Below, piece by piece: positions 9,568 to 17,520 of a stretch of 64,000 bases of DNA. How positions within the stretch are numbered: the stretch's first letter is position 1; each line of letters opens with the position of its first letter. The notes beneath the pieces were generated by a model. That model was not told the DNA's origin, made no database searches, and worked only from the letters and a program-made list of their open reading frames with translations. The DNA comes from Candidatus Doudnabacteria bacterium (lineage in GTDB: Bacteria > Patescibacteriota > Doudnabacteria > UBA920 > O2-02-FULL-48-8): assembly GCA_039931165.1 (NCBI GenBank), contig JBDTSL010000001.1, forward strand, positions 2,214 through 66,213, written 5' to 3'. The translations under genes and the position numbers were made by a program.

Positions 9568-11169
9568 TTAAAACGCTCGTTTTTTTCGGGCCACGTAGAA
9601 CAGCAATAAGGCCGCGATCATTCCCGCCGGAAGGATGACATTCCACAAAGTATTTCTTCCCGCTGGCGCATATCCGGTAGCTGCCAAACCGATGCCTGGA
9701 GGCGGAGTTGGTGTTGCCGGCGGCGCTACCACCACAGTAGCGAACGCAAGATCAGTGGCAGTTATGCCATTGGCCGTGCCGGAGGCTGTGGCAGTGTTCA
9801 GGGTCGTGGCAGTGAGATTTGAGATACAGGTAAAGCTCCAGCTCTCGGTCGGTTCGAGCAGATTGTTTTGATTGATATCTCCCGGGTGTCCTACAACTCT
9901 ACCGGGTAAGCCTGTGCATTTGTTATCAGTAACAGTTACATCACTTAAAGCCACGGTACCCGGGTTGGTGACGGTATATCTGTAAGTAACCGCTCCGCCG
10001 CCTGCCGGCAGTGTGAAAGGATAAGGGATCTTTACCACATGGATCAAAGGAGGAACGACGGCAGCGCCGACGACAACTGTTGCGGTGGCTGTGTCGGTAG
10101 AGCTTAGTCCCAGAGAGAATCCTGTGGCTGTGACGGTATTTGTATGAGTGGCGGCTAGGGTCGTGGCGCAGTTGTATATCCAGACTTCAGTCAGATCCAG
10201 CGCGCCGTTGGCATTGGTATCGCCGGAGACAAAGTTTACCGGGCCACAGCTGTCATCGGTCACTCTGACAGTGGACATCGGGACAGTTCCGATGTTACGG
10301 ACAGAGTAAGTGTAGGTCACAGATCCGGGACCACCAGGCAAAGACAAAGGGCTGGGTACTTTTAGGACATCGATCAGCGGTGGGACCGGGACCGGGCCGC
10401 CGGGGCCGGCGGGCGGTGTGCCTGCACATGTCACCGGTGTGGCTATATTGGTCGTATTCCCCGTTGTAACTACTCCGCCAAATGACAAGGCCCTTCCTGT
10501 CCAGTTTACGTTAGCACCAGTTGTAATGCCCGAATCATCAATAACTGTTCCTAACATAGTCGTATTGTCTGCGAGTGATGTTGCAGAAGTGGCAGTCCAA
10601 AAAACGTCACACGGAGATGCCCCGGCCACTTGCACAATCGCCCCTGCCGACGAGGTTAGGGCGCCAAAAATCCTGAATATATATGTTCCAGCTCCATTAA
10701 GCGTAATTGTGCCTGTTATCTGCGCAGCACTACCGGCTGTAGTGCAATAAATTCCGGGCAGATAAACTCCAATACCACCAGGGTGAAGGGCTTCAGTGCC
10801 CAGATTAACCGCTCCGGCTGGGAAAGTGTAATCGCAAGGCAATTGAGCATTCAAATTAACAAGTGCGCTGCCCTGATCTGTGCCTGCGGTAGAATATGGA
10901 GCACCCGAGCCGTAGCGCAGCTGTGTGCCTAGCGGGTGAACTGCCGGTCCTGTAGTAAATCCGATATCGCCGTTAACCGTGGTTCCGGCGAAGGTATTAA
11001 TGAAAGAACTGGCAAGAATGGCATATGATGTGGCCGCTCCAAGGTTCGGAGTTGTAGCCGCACGAGCCATAAGGCCATTCATCATAGAAATCCCGGCCAT
11101 AAGCAGAATAACCAACAGAGATATAACAATCCGGCCTTTGTATTTTTTTGCGTTTCGTTTTTTTATCAT
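9568..11169 (-). CDS. Sortase-substrate surface protein B: ice-binding-like (DUF3494) N-domain + two DUF11 repeats + LAATG sorting signal
   Basis: After the signal peptide the protein reads LGAATSYAILASSFINTFAGTTVNGDIGFTTGPAV, matching the DUF3494 family opening. The C-terminus is GIGLAATGYAPAGRNTLWNVILPAGMIAALLLFYVARKKRAF. LAXTG is the class-E sortase motif. Confidence 0.7.
   Translation of the reverse strand: MIKKRNAKKYKGRIVISLLVILLMAGISMMNGLMARAATTPNLGAATSYAILASSFINTFAGTTVNGDIGFTTGPAVHPLGTQLRYGSGAPYSTAGTDQGSALVNLNAQLPCDYTFPAGAVNLGTEALHPGGIGVYLPGIYCTTAGSAAQITGTITLNGAGTYIFRIFGALTSSAGAIVQVAGASPCDVFWTATSATSLADNTTMLGTVIDDSGITTGANVNWTGRALSFGGVVTTGNTTNIATPVTCAGTPPAGPGGPVPVPPLIDVLKVPSPLSLPGGPGSVTYTYSVRNIGTVPMSTVRVTDDSCGPVNFVSGDTNANGALDLTEVWIYNCATTLAATHTNTVTATGFSLGLSSTDTATATVVVGAAVVPPLIHVVKIPYPFTLPAGGGAVTYRYTVTNPGTVALSDVTVTDNKCTGLPGRVVGHPGDINQNNLLEPTESWSFTCISNLTATTLNTATASGTANGITATDLAFATVVVAPPATPTPPPGIGLAATGYAPAGRNTLWNVILPAGMIAALLLFYVARKKRAF
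9725..10421. repeat. Second copy of the ~700-bp intragenic repeat
   Basis: See the feature at 8136-8832. Confidence 0.85.
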
Positions 11170-11347
11170 AATCTTCCTGACTTTCGTTAGGCGGGTTAAT
11201 TATTTAGTTTATTTGTATTTCGAACCATGCGGTCTGTGAATCTAGCTTTTTTAGTGTCTTTTTTATGAAAATAGCTTCTGTACATATTATGATATGCTTT
11301 ATGGTAAATGTCAAAACTAACGCTGTGGATAACAGCTTATACCAAAA

Positions 11348-11374
11348 CCACCTGCTGATGCAGGTGGTTTTTTA
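11348..11374. terminator. Intrinsic terminator-like hairpin (ccacctgc-tgat-gcaggtgg) followed by T6
   Basis: Perfect 8-bp stem with a T-run on the plus strand and an A/T-rich run on the other side. Lies between adhesin genes B and C. Confidence 0.5.
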
Positions 11375-11383
11375 TGATTCGGT

Positions 11384-11490
11384 TTTTGCGAGCGACCGCT
11401 TTTGAAGCTTGAGATCTGGCGGGAGCGAATCAATCTCATCTTTAATTGAGATTGCTTCGTCGTCCCGATAAATCGGGACTTCTCGCAAAA
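11384..11490 (+). repeat. Family-1 structured intergenic element, copy a
   Basis: Outer inverted repeat TTTTGCGAG/CTCGCAAAA. Inside it, CGAATCAATCTCA pairs with TGAGATTGCTTCG, then a hairpin TCCCGAT-AAA-TCGGGA, then CTTCTCGCAAAA. Confidence 0.6.
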
Positions 11491-11502
11491 TTGAGAGAAA
11501 AT

Positions 11503-12645
11503 TTAAAGCGCTTTTTTTCTTCGGGCAATGTAGAGCAGGAACAAAACCGCGACTATGCCAATTGGCAGGATCACATTCCAGGGAGTCGCTTTTTGCGCCG
11601 GATTAAATCCTGTAGCTGCCAGCCCGAGGCCGGGTGGCGGAGTAACTGCTACTGGCACAGGAGTGACCACATTTGCCGTATTTACGATGGTGCAGCCGGT
11701 CGTAAGGCCTGCTACAACCGTGATCGAGCCGCAAGTGGATGAATTTTGAGTCCAGCCGGACGGCACTACTTCCGTGGCTGAATAAACTCCTGGGGTAAGA
11801 CCGCTTTGGGTATGTGATCCGGTTCCTGCCGAGGTTGAAATGCTGAAACTAGAGAAGCCGGCGCCGGTGGTGTTAAAGTTGAATGTGCCATTGCCTCCGA
11901 CCGCTGTTTTATTTACGGTAATTGATCCTGTGGCCGGAAGTCCAGAAGCGCATACCGGTGTGGTAATCGTATTGAGAGAGGTGGTGACGGTTCCGCCAAA
12001 TGCCAGGACTCTCCCTGTCCAAGTAGCGAGGTTGCCGAGTGTAATGCCCGAAGCATCGATGTCCCGGCCTACGAAGGCAGAGTTTGCTCCAAGCGTTGTG
12101 GCAGCGCCCGGGGTCCACCAGACATCACAAGAGGTCGCGCCATTGGAGGCCGTGACCACGGAATTGGCCACAGTGGTAAGCGCTCCGGTCATCCGGAAAA
12201 TGTATACGCCGGCGCCATTCAGAGTAATTCCGCCGGTTCCTACGTCAGCCGCGCCCAGAACGCAATATACTCCCGGTGTGTAAACGCCGACCGGACCGTG
12301 TGTGGTATCGGCAGCGAGGTCAATTGCCCCGGGTGCGAATGTAAACGTACACGGCTGGCTGTTCAGGGCAGACAAAGCCGCTCCCTGATCTATGCCGGCC
12401 TGGGCATAAGTAGCATCAGCCGTATGGGTGACGCCAGTGACTGTGGGCGCTACAGCAGGCCCGGTGGTATATCCCAGATCGCCGTTAATGACGGTCCCGA
12501 CCAAAGTGTTGGTATAGGAACCGGAAAGAACGGTAAAGCTGTTGGCCGTCCCAAGGCCCGGTGACGTTGCCGCGTTGGCTGTGACCCCAACCATAAGAAC
12601 AGCGGCCAATAAAATGATAGTGAACAGGATATTAATCTTTTTCAT
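11503..12645 (-). CDS. Sortase-substrate surface protein C: ice-binding-like (DUF3494) domain + Thr/Gly-rich Ig-like segment + LAATG sorting signal
   Basis: Reads LGTANSFTVLSGSYTNTLVGTVINGDLGYTTGPAV after the signal peptide. C-terminus is PGLGLAATGFNPAQKATPWNVILPIGIVAVLFLLYIARRKKAL. Confidence 0.7.
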   Translation of the reverse strand: MKKINILFTIILLAAVLMVGVTANAATSPGLGTANSFTVLSGSYTNTLVGTVINGDLGYTTGPAVAPTVTGVTHTADATYAQAGIDQGAALSALNSQPCTFTFAPGAIDLAADTTHGPVGVYTPGVYCVLGAADVGTGGITLNGAGVYIFRMTGALTTVANSVVTASNGATSCDVWWTPGAATTLGANSAFVGRDIDASGITLGNLATWTGRVLAFGGTVTTSLNTITTPVCASGLPATGSITVNKTAVGGNGTFNFNTTGAGFSSFSISTSAGTGSHTQSGLTPGVYSATEVVPSGWTQNSSTCGSITVVAGLTTGCTIVNTANVVTPVPVAVTPPPGLGLAATGFNPAQKATPWNVILPIGIVAVLFLLYIARRKKAL

Positions 12646-12747
12646 AGTTTGTTTTTAATTATTATATTTTTTTCAAAAGTTACAACTTGTTTAAATTATA
12701 AATAAATCTCCTATAAAAAGCAAGCTCTCTGTGGATAACTGATCACA

Positions 12748-13041
12748 TTGAAAATTATTGCAAAAAATCCTGTGGCATGGTATATTTCAGGCATGGAGCT
12801 GCAAATTTTCGCCCAAACCTTTTTTTTTCTCACCGCTTCGGTTGCGATTATCGTATGCGGGGTGCTGTCCGCGATCGTAATGTACCAGCTGATCTTCATT
12901 ATGAAGCATCTGGAACATATTTCCGATAATCTCGACGATACGGCGGATGATTTAAAAAACCGGGTGAAAGACATGCTCGATAGACTAGAAGAGATCCCGT
13001 TGCTTTCTTATTTTTTTAAAAAAAGAAAAAAAAGGTCGTAA
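12748..13041 (+). CDS. Hypothetical small membrane protein
   Basis: 97 aa with one hydrophobic helix, an acidic coiled segment and a basic C-terminus. Divergent from the adhesin C promoter region. Confidence 0.4.
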   Translation: MKIIAKNPVAWYISGMELQIFAQTFFFLTASVAIIVCGVLSAIVMYQLIFIMKHLEHISDNLDDTADDLKNRVKDMLDRLEEIPLLSYFFKKRKKRS

Positions 13042-13063
13042 TATATTTAAAGGAAAAAACAAT

Positions 13064-13408
13064 ATGCCAAACAAGACGGGTGCGAAAAAATCTCATAAGG
13101 GTTTAATGTGGGTTTCGGGAGCGGTGATAGGTGCCGCGCTTGGAGCAGGCGCTGTGGTCCTGGCCGAATCGAAGATGGGCAAAGACATGTGGAAGCAGGC
13201 GAAACAACAAAGCAAGGATTTCGCCAAATACTTGGCCCCCAAGGTGAAAAAAATCAAACAAATGGGCGAATCCCAATATAAAAAGATGGCCAGCGAGGCT
13301 ATGCAATCGTACAAAAAAAATAAAAATCTTTCCCGCGCTGAAGCAGACCATCTTTTGAAAGCAGCTCGGGCATCCTGGAAACACATGGTAAAAAAAGCAA
13401 AGGTCTAA
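13064..13408 (+). CDS. Hypothetical membrane-anchored Lys-rich protein (YtxH-like architecture)
   Basis: 114 aa with an N-terminal TM helix (GLMWVSGAVIGAALGAGAVVLA) then a K/A/Q-rich helical region. Followed by a terminator. Confidence 0.4.
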   Translation: MPNKTGAKKSHKGLMWVSGAVIGAALGAGAVVLAESKMGKDMWKQAKQQSKDFAKYLAPKVKKIKQMGESQYKKMASEAMQSYKKNKNLSRAEADHLLKAARASWKHMVKKAKV

Positions 13409-13428
13409 TCGTTTCAATTGCTACAAAA

Positions 13429-13455
13429 AGAACTCCTAACTAGGAGTTCTTTTTT
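13429..13455 (+). terminator. Rho-independent terminator (agaactcct-aact-aggagttct + T5)
   Basis: Perfect 9-bp stem followed by a T-run, directly after the stop of the 13064-13408 ORF. Confidence 0.7.
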
Positions 13456-13565
13456 AATTATTCAGGAATTTCATTGGAGCCCCCGGGTAGAATCTCCCGC
13501 CTTTGGCGGGATCCCGCCGTCCTTTAAAATTAATTTCGGTGGCGGGAGAACTCACATTATTTATC

Positions 13566-13623
13566 TGGAGCCGAAGGTCGGGATCGAACCGACGACCTCT
13601 GCTTTACCCCCCAACACCAAATT
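13566..13623 (-). ncRNA. tRNA 3-prime-half-like sequence (ATTTGGTGTTGGGGGGT, then anticodon-stem 3-prime strand, variable loop, T-arm, acceptor 3-prime strand, CCA)
   Basis: Minus-strand ATTTGGTGTTGGGGGGT-A-AAGCAG-AGGTC-GTCGG-TTCGATC-CCGAC-CTTCGGC-T-CCA. Joined to the 5-prime half at 13711-13766 it gives a near-complete tRNA-Thr(CGT)-like cloverleaf with one C-U acceptor mismatch. Confidence 0.35.
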
Positions 13624-13634
13624 AAAATGCCTAA

Positions 13635-13710
13635 TGGAGCCGACGGTCGGGCTTGAACCGACAACCTGCGGTTTACGATACCGCTGCTCTACCAGTTGAG
13701 CTACGTCGGC
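13635..13710 (-). tRNA. tRNA-Thr (anticodon CGT), CCA encoded
   Basis: Minus-strand sequence GCCGACG-TA-GCTC-AACTGGTA-GAGC-A-GCGGT-ATCGTAA-ACCGC-AGGTT-GTCGG-TTCAAGC-CCGAC-CGTCGGC-T-CCA. All four stems pair perfectly. Confidence 0.9.
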
Positions 13711-13766
13711 ATGATTTGGTGTGGGGGTTTACGAAAGCATTGCTCTACCAACTGAGCTACGCCGGC
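13711..13766 (-). ncRNA. tRNA 5-prime-half-like sequence (acceptor, D-arm, anticodon stem-loop with CGT) ending in ACCCCCACACCAAATCAT
   Basis: Minus-strand GCCGGCG-TA-GCTC-AGTTGGTA-GAGC-A-ATGCT-TTCGTAA, then a C-rich tail that is the reverse complement of the start of the 3-prime-half element at 13607-13623. Confidence 0.35.
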
Positions 13767-13787
13767 ATAAGACAAATTATACCACAG

Positions 13788-14966
13788 CTAATTAAATGAC
13801 TGGGAGTCAGTATTGAAGCCGCCGCCGGACGACATGCACCATCGGATATACTCGCTATTTTTCAGCTCCGCGCAATCCGCGCTGAGCTTTGCCGGATCAG
13901 TGGTCCAGCTTTTTATATTGCTGCCCAAATTCTTAAAGCAAGCCTCCTGAAAATTGCTGTTCAGCTGGGCGCAAAAATCTCCGATCTTATTTGTTTGGCC
14001 GACATAGCGTCCTGACAATCCGTCCACTACTCCCAATTGGCAAATTTGAACATAGTTCGCGCTTGGCATCAAACTGCAGGAATTTTCCATTTTCGCGTAA
14101 TCTTGGGTCGAGCCGACCTGATTGGTGCCGATGATATGAAAACATCCCTCCCTGTAAATTTCGGGAACCTTCATGCACAAATCTGCGTTCTTCTTCCAGT
14201 CATATTTGCTTAACTCGGCAAAATACGAACTTTGATACTGGTAGCAAATATTCAAATAGCGGGTTGCCAGAGCATCACAGGGATACATGGGATCGGATGC
14301 CTTCAGAAATTCGGTCGGATGAGCGGTATTGGTTGAGCTTGAAGAATTTTCCATAAAAACCCCGCCATAACAAATCGTTGGTTGATTGCCTTCCAGCTTG
14401 TCGCACAATGCCAACGACTTATTTAGATCCGTATCCGTGATAAACATCATAGCATGCCCTATGCCGTGGACGCATTCGGAATAAAACCTCGGGCTGGTAT
14501 AATCAGAAATTTTCCCGCATGCGGTTTGAAGCGCTTCCGTGATCTTGGGACTGTCCGGATCTGTCAGAGACAAGTGTTTGTCCCAAAAATACGATTCCAT
14601 GACGCCGTGATAAAACCCGCCCCAGCAAACCGGGTTGGCCCTGGAATATACTTTGGACACGCTCCCCTCCTGTTCATATGCCTTCCTGCCGATGTAATGG
14701 GTCAGTTCGTGACAGCGGCTGAATATTTCGGGATACTGTTCGTTGTCTTTCAAAAGCTGAAGAATTTTTACATAATCCCATTTCGCCATTAAAGTCCCTG
14801 CGACTTGCATGTAACAATTGTCGCTCAATTGCTTTTCCCCGCAGGGTCTCATCTGCGAGCGCAGAAACTGGGAATCGGAAATGGTTTGATTTGGATGCGA
14901 CAAAACAAAAAACATGCCTCCGGCAATAAGCAATATCCCGGTTATATAAATTAAATTCCTGTTCAT
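13788..14966 (-). CDS. Membrane-anchored cysteine-rich extracytoplasmic protein with HExxH motif (putative metallopeptidase-like; function unknown)
   Basis: N-terminal TM (LIYITGILLIAGGMFFVL), more than 20 Cys, CHELTHYIG (HExxH) and ECVHGIGHAMMF. Start placed at MNRNLIY (14966), which overlaps the NUDIX stop as ATGA. The track ORF extends to 15008. Confidence 0.45.
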   Translation of the reverse strand: MNRNLIYITGILLIAGGMFFVLSHPNQTISDSQFLRSQMRPCGEKQLSDNCYMQVAGTLMAKWDYVKILQLLKDNEQYPEIFSRCHELTHYIGRKAYEQEGSVSKVYSRANPVCWGGFYHGVMESYFWDKHLSLTDPDSPKITEALQTACGKISDYTSPRFYSECVHGIGHAMMFITDTDLNKSLALCDKLEGNQPTICYGGVFMENSSSSTNTAHPTEFLKASDPMYPCDALATRYLNICYQYQSSYFAELSKYDWKKNADLCMKVPEIYREGCFHIIGTNQVGSTQDYAKMENSCSLMPSANYVQICQLGVVDGLSGRYVGQTNKIGDFCAQLNSNFQEACFKNLGSNIKSWTTDPAKLSADCAELKNSEYIRWCMSSGGGFNTDSQSFN

Positions 14967-15370
14967 TGCTTGAATTTCTTGTAATTCTCGATCGGTTGAT
15001 GAAGCCAATCCGGAAAATCTACTTTTGGATTATTCAGATCAACCCATTTATATTCAGTGTGTTCTTCCGAAAGTTCAACACGGTCCGACTTTGGCTTACA
15101 AAGAAACATCAGCAGAGTGATTTGTTGTCCATCGTCGCGGGTAAAGTAGTGAACATCCAGGGGCATAACAACCTCAATATCCAAATTCGTTTCTTCTTTC
15201 GTCTCTCTTAGCAAACCGGTAAAAGGATTTTCGCCCGGCTCCAGCCTGCCGCCCGGAATATCCCAGGCTCCGGGCTTATGGACGTCGTTAGGCCGCCTTT
15301 TCAAAAGCAAAACTTTTTCGTCTTTGACAATAAAAGCTTTCGCTGCATTGCGAAAATTATTTTCTGGCAT
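14963..15370 (-). CDS. NUDIX hydrolase
   Basis: Nudix box GGRLEPGENPFTGLLRETKEETNL (GX5EX7REUXEEXGU). Confidence 0.85.
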   Translation of the reverse strand: MPENNFRNAAKAFIVKDEKVLLLKRRPNDVHKPGAWDIPGGRLEPGENPFTGLLRETKEETNLDIEVVMPLDVHYFTRDDGQQITLLMFLCKPKSDRVELSEEHTEYKWVDLNNPKVDFPDWLHQPIENYKKFKQ

Positions 15371-15387
15371 TTTTTTAATTTTCCGAA

Positions 15388-15888
15388 CTAGTTGCTGCCT
15401 GGGCCAATCGTAATAGTACCGGCATAATTATAAAATGTGCCGCAATAATTCACTCCCGGGCTTGCCAGCGTGTTAAGGTTCTCAAGTTTATAGACGATCA
15501 TGTAAGCTCTGCCGCAAGAAAGATAAGCTATATTATAATACCCCGCTCCTGCCCAGCCGCCAGTTTGATTTAAAGGATCGAGTGGCAGTCTGGACATATA
15601 CGCGGACATAGCTGTCTGCAAAGTCGTCCAACTTGCGTCGCTACTATTGCTCCAATTAAAGTCCGGGTTGGCAGACCCTCCGGAAGAGGGATAGCCCGCA
15701 TGATCTGTGAAATATAATTCAAGTCCCGACATCATTTGTTTTACATCAGCTATCCTTTTTGCATCCCTCGCTTTTAGCCTGGCGCTGCTGAGAGACACCA
15801 AAACAATAGCGGCCAAAAGCCCGATGATCGCGATCACAACCAGAAGTTCGATTAGGGTAAACCCGTTTGATTTTTTTATTAATTGCAT
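15388..15888 (-). CDS. Type IV pilin-like protein (prepilin N-terminal methylation motif)
   Basis: N-terminus KKSNGFTLIELLVVIAIIGLLAAIVLV has the G/FTLIE class-III signal plus a hydrophobic helix. Confidence 0.8.
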   Translation of the reverse strand: MQLIKKSNGFTLIELLVVIAIIGLLAAIVLVSLSSARLKARDAKRIADVKQMMSGLELYFTDHAGYPSSGGSANPDFNWSNSSDASWTTLQTAMSAYMSRLPLDPLNQTGGWAGAGYYNIAYLSCGRAYMIVYKLENLNTLASPGVNYCGTFYNYAGTITIGPGSN

Positions 15889-15985
15889 TATTGTTTTGGT
15901 TGGTTTTGTATTTTGTCAGTTTAATAATTTCTTTGACAATCTATTTTAGGTCGCAAGAATAGTTAAAAATTTATCAAGCAATTTC

Positions 15986-16059
15986 TGGAGCAGGTAGCGA
16001 GAATCGAACTCGCGCTCTATCCTTGGGAAGGACATGTACTGCCATTATACCATACCTGC
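15986..16059 (-). tRNA. tRNA-Gly (anticodon CCC), CCA encoded
   Basis: Minus-strand GCAGGTA-TG-GTAT-AATGGCA-GTAC-A-TGTCC-TTCCCAA-GGATA-GAGC-GCGAG-TTCGATT-CTCGC-TACCTGC-T-CCA. Confidence 0.85.
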
Positions 16060-16139
16060 TCGTCGCAATGGGTAGACACTTCGCATTTTACTATGTAAAA
16101 ATACTGCGGTCTACCACTGCTCCTTTCGTAAAAAATATT

Positions 16140-16979
16140 CTATTTTATCCGCCAAACCCAAAACTTGTTCAGTTTCGATCTCAGCCAATTATCATAGCCT
16201 GAAGTTTGCACCAAAATGTGCTTGATGTGCCAAACTTTCTGGCCGTCCTGATCCGCAATTTCGACAGGATAAAGAATGTGATAACCCAAGCGGCTGACCA
16301 CAACATACTGCAATGTCTGTCCCAAAGGAGCGTTCAGAATGGCTTTTTCCAATTCAGGCAATAGCTGGCCTCGAGTCACAAATCCCAGATCTCCGCCTAA
16401 TTGTCCTGAGACTAAATCGCCGCTTTCTGTCTTTGCCAGTTGTTCAAAATTTCCGCCGTTGCTTAATTGCATCAATATACTCTGGGCTTTGGCGTACGCG
16501 ATTTCATTGGCGCTGAAATCCGAATTATATTTTATTCGGAGCAGAGTATCATAAACTTCCGGTTTGGCTACATATTCCCGAAACAATTCTTCATCGAAAT
16601 TAAAATATTTGTTAATAATATTTTGGAACTCCTTTTGTTTGCCGGTTTTGTAATACAGCAGTTCCTCATCAAAAATAGGGTTTAAATAAGAAACTTTCGT
16701 GATGGCCAGCAATTGTTCCTGTTGTTTGACTTTTATCAGCTGATCGGAAACTTTTTCCCGGCTTTCGTTGGGATCCAATTTTTCCGCCAATTCATGCCCC
16801 TTGTTCCAATAAGATATCGATATCATTCCCCTGCCGACGATAACTTGCGGATAAATATTTTTAAAAAAACCCGAGACCGGATCTGAAAAACCGGTTCCAT
16901 AAGACAAAGCCAGACTGATCAAAAAGACAGCGATAGCTGATGCCGAAAAATAGATAACTTTTTTACGCTTTTTTTTCAT
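16140..16979 (-). CDS. Membrane-anchored peptidyl-prolyl cis-trans isomerase (parvulin/PpiC-type, SurA/PrsA-like)
   Basis: N-terminal TM. Rotamase region reads GGDLGFVTRGQLLPELEKAILNAPLGQ...VVSRLGYHILYPVE. Confidence 0.7.
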   Translation of the reverse strand: MKKKRKKVIYFSASAIAVFLISLALSYGTGFSDPVSGFFKNIYPQVIVGRGMISISYWNKGHELAEKLDPNESREKVSDQLIKVKQQEQLLAITKVSYLNPIFDEELLYYKTGKQKEFQNIINKYFNFDEELFREYVAKPEVYDTLLRIKYNSDFSANEIAYAKAQSILMQLSNGGNFEQLAKTESGDLVSGQLGGDLGFVTRGQLLPELEKAILNAPLGQTLQYVVVSRLGYHILYPVEIADQDGQKVWHIKHILVQTSGYDNWLRSKLNKFWVWRIK

Positions 16980-17347
16980 TGGCCGGAGGGCTTGCTGAAA
17001 AAATAATTAAACCATTTTGTGAAATTGGACGGGCTGTTCACAATCGGATGGCTATCTGGCGCGGCGTCGCCCTGCAGAGGCAGGCCGATCACGACTTCCC
17101 CGTCCTTTTTCAGATTTAATTTCTCGCGCGCCGATTTATCCTGATAATCGGGGGTCTGGAAATATTGAATGAGGTAGCTCATCTGCTGATTGTCCGATTT
17201 GATCTTCTGAACCTGGCCCTGAAGTTTTGCGATCTCGTGGTCGATCCGGTATTTCTGGATCAAAATTTTGGCGGCGAAGCCCATGACGAAAAGCAGGGAA
17301 ATCCCCAAAATCCATGAGGCAATTCTTGATCTCAATAAATTCTGCAT
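16976..17347 (-). CDS. Septum formation initiator (FtsB/DivIC-like) cell division protein
   Basis: 123 aa with an N-terminal TM then a coiled coil (HEIAKLQGQVQKIKSDNQQMSYLIQYFQTPDYQDKSAREKLNLKKDGE). Confidence 0.6.
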   Translation of the reverse strand: MQNLLRSRIASWILGISLLFVMGFAAKILIQKYRIDHEIAKLQGQVQKIKSDNQQMSYLIQYFQTPDYQDKSAREKLNLKKDGEVVIGLPLQGDAAPDSHPIVNSPSNFTKWFNYFFSKPSGQ

Positions 17348-17459
17348 TTTATCTTGATGATAATAAAGGGATCAATGTGAACAGGAGCATGGCTCCGATC
17401 ATGAATACAGCGAACACGATAGATAATTTTTGGAGTAATTTTCTGTTTCGCATAAAATA

Positions 17460-17520
17460 GCGTTTAGCGGTTAGGGTTTAGCGTCTAGAGGTTTAGATCT
17501 ATACGCTCTACGCTATACCC
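17460..17520 (-). repeat. Family-2 element, copy 2 (abuts lepA stop)
   Basis: Minus strand GGGTATAGCGTAGAGCGTATAGATCTAAACCTCTAGACGCTAAACCCTAACCGCTAAACGC. Confidence 0.7.

Noticed and set aside
13467-13560. GC-rich palindromic stretch (ggcgggatcccgcc; gagcccccggg...) upstream of the tRNA cluster considered as another tRNA or tmRNA
   Set aside because: No T-arm or acceptor pairing could be built. Left as unannotated structured sequence.
13566-13623. Possibility that the 3-prime-half element is an independent complete tRNA
   Set aside because: No 5-prime acceptor strand or D-arm can be found upstream of it. It only makes sense paired with the 5-prime half at 13711-13766.
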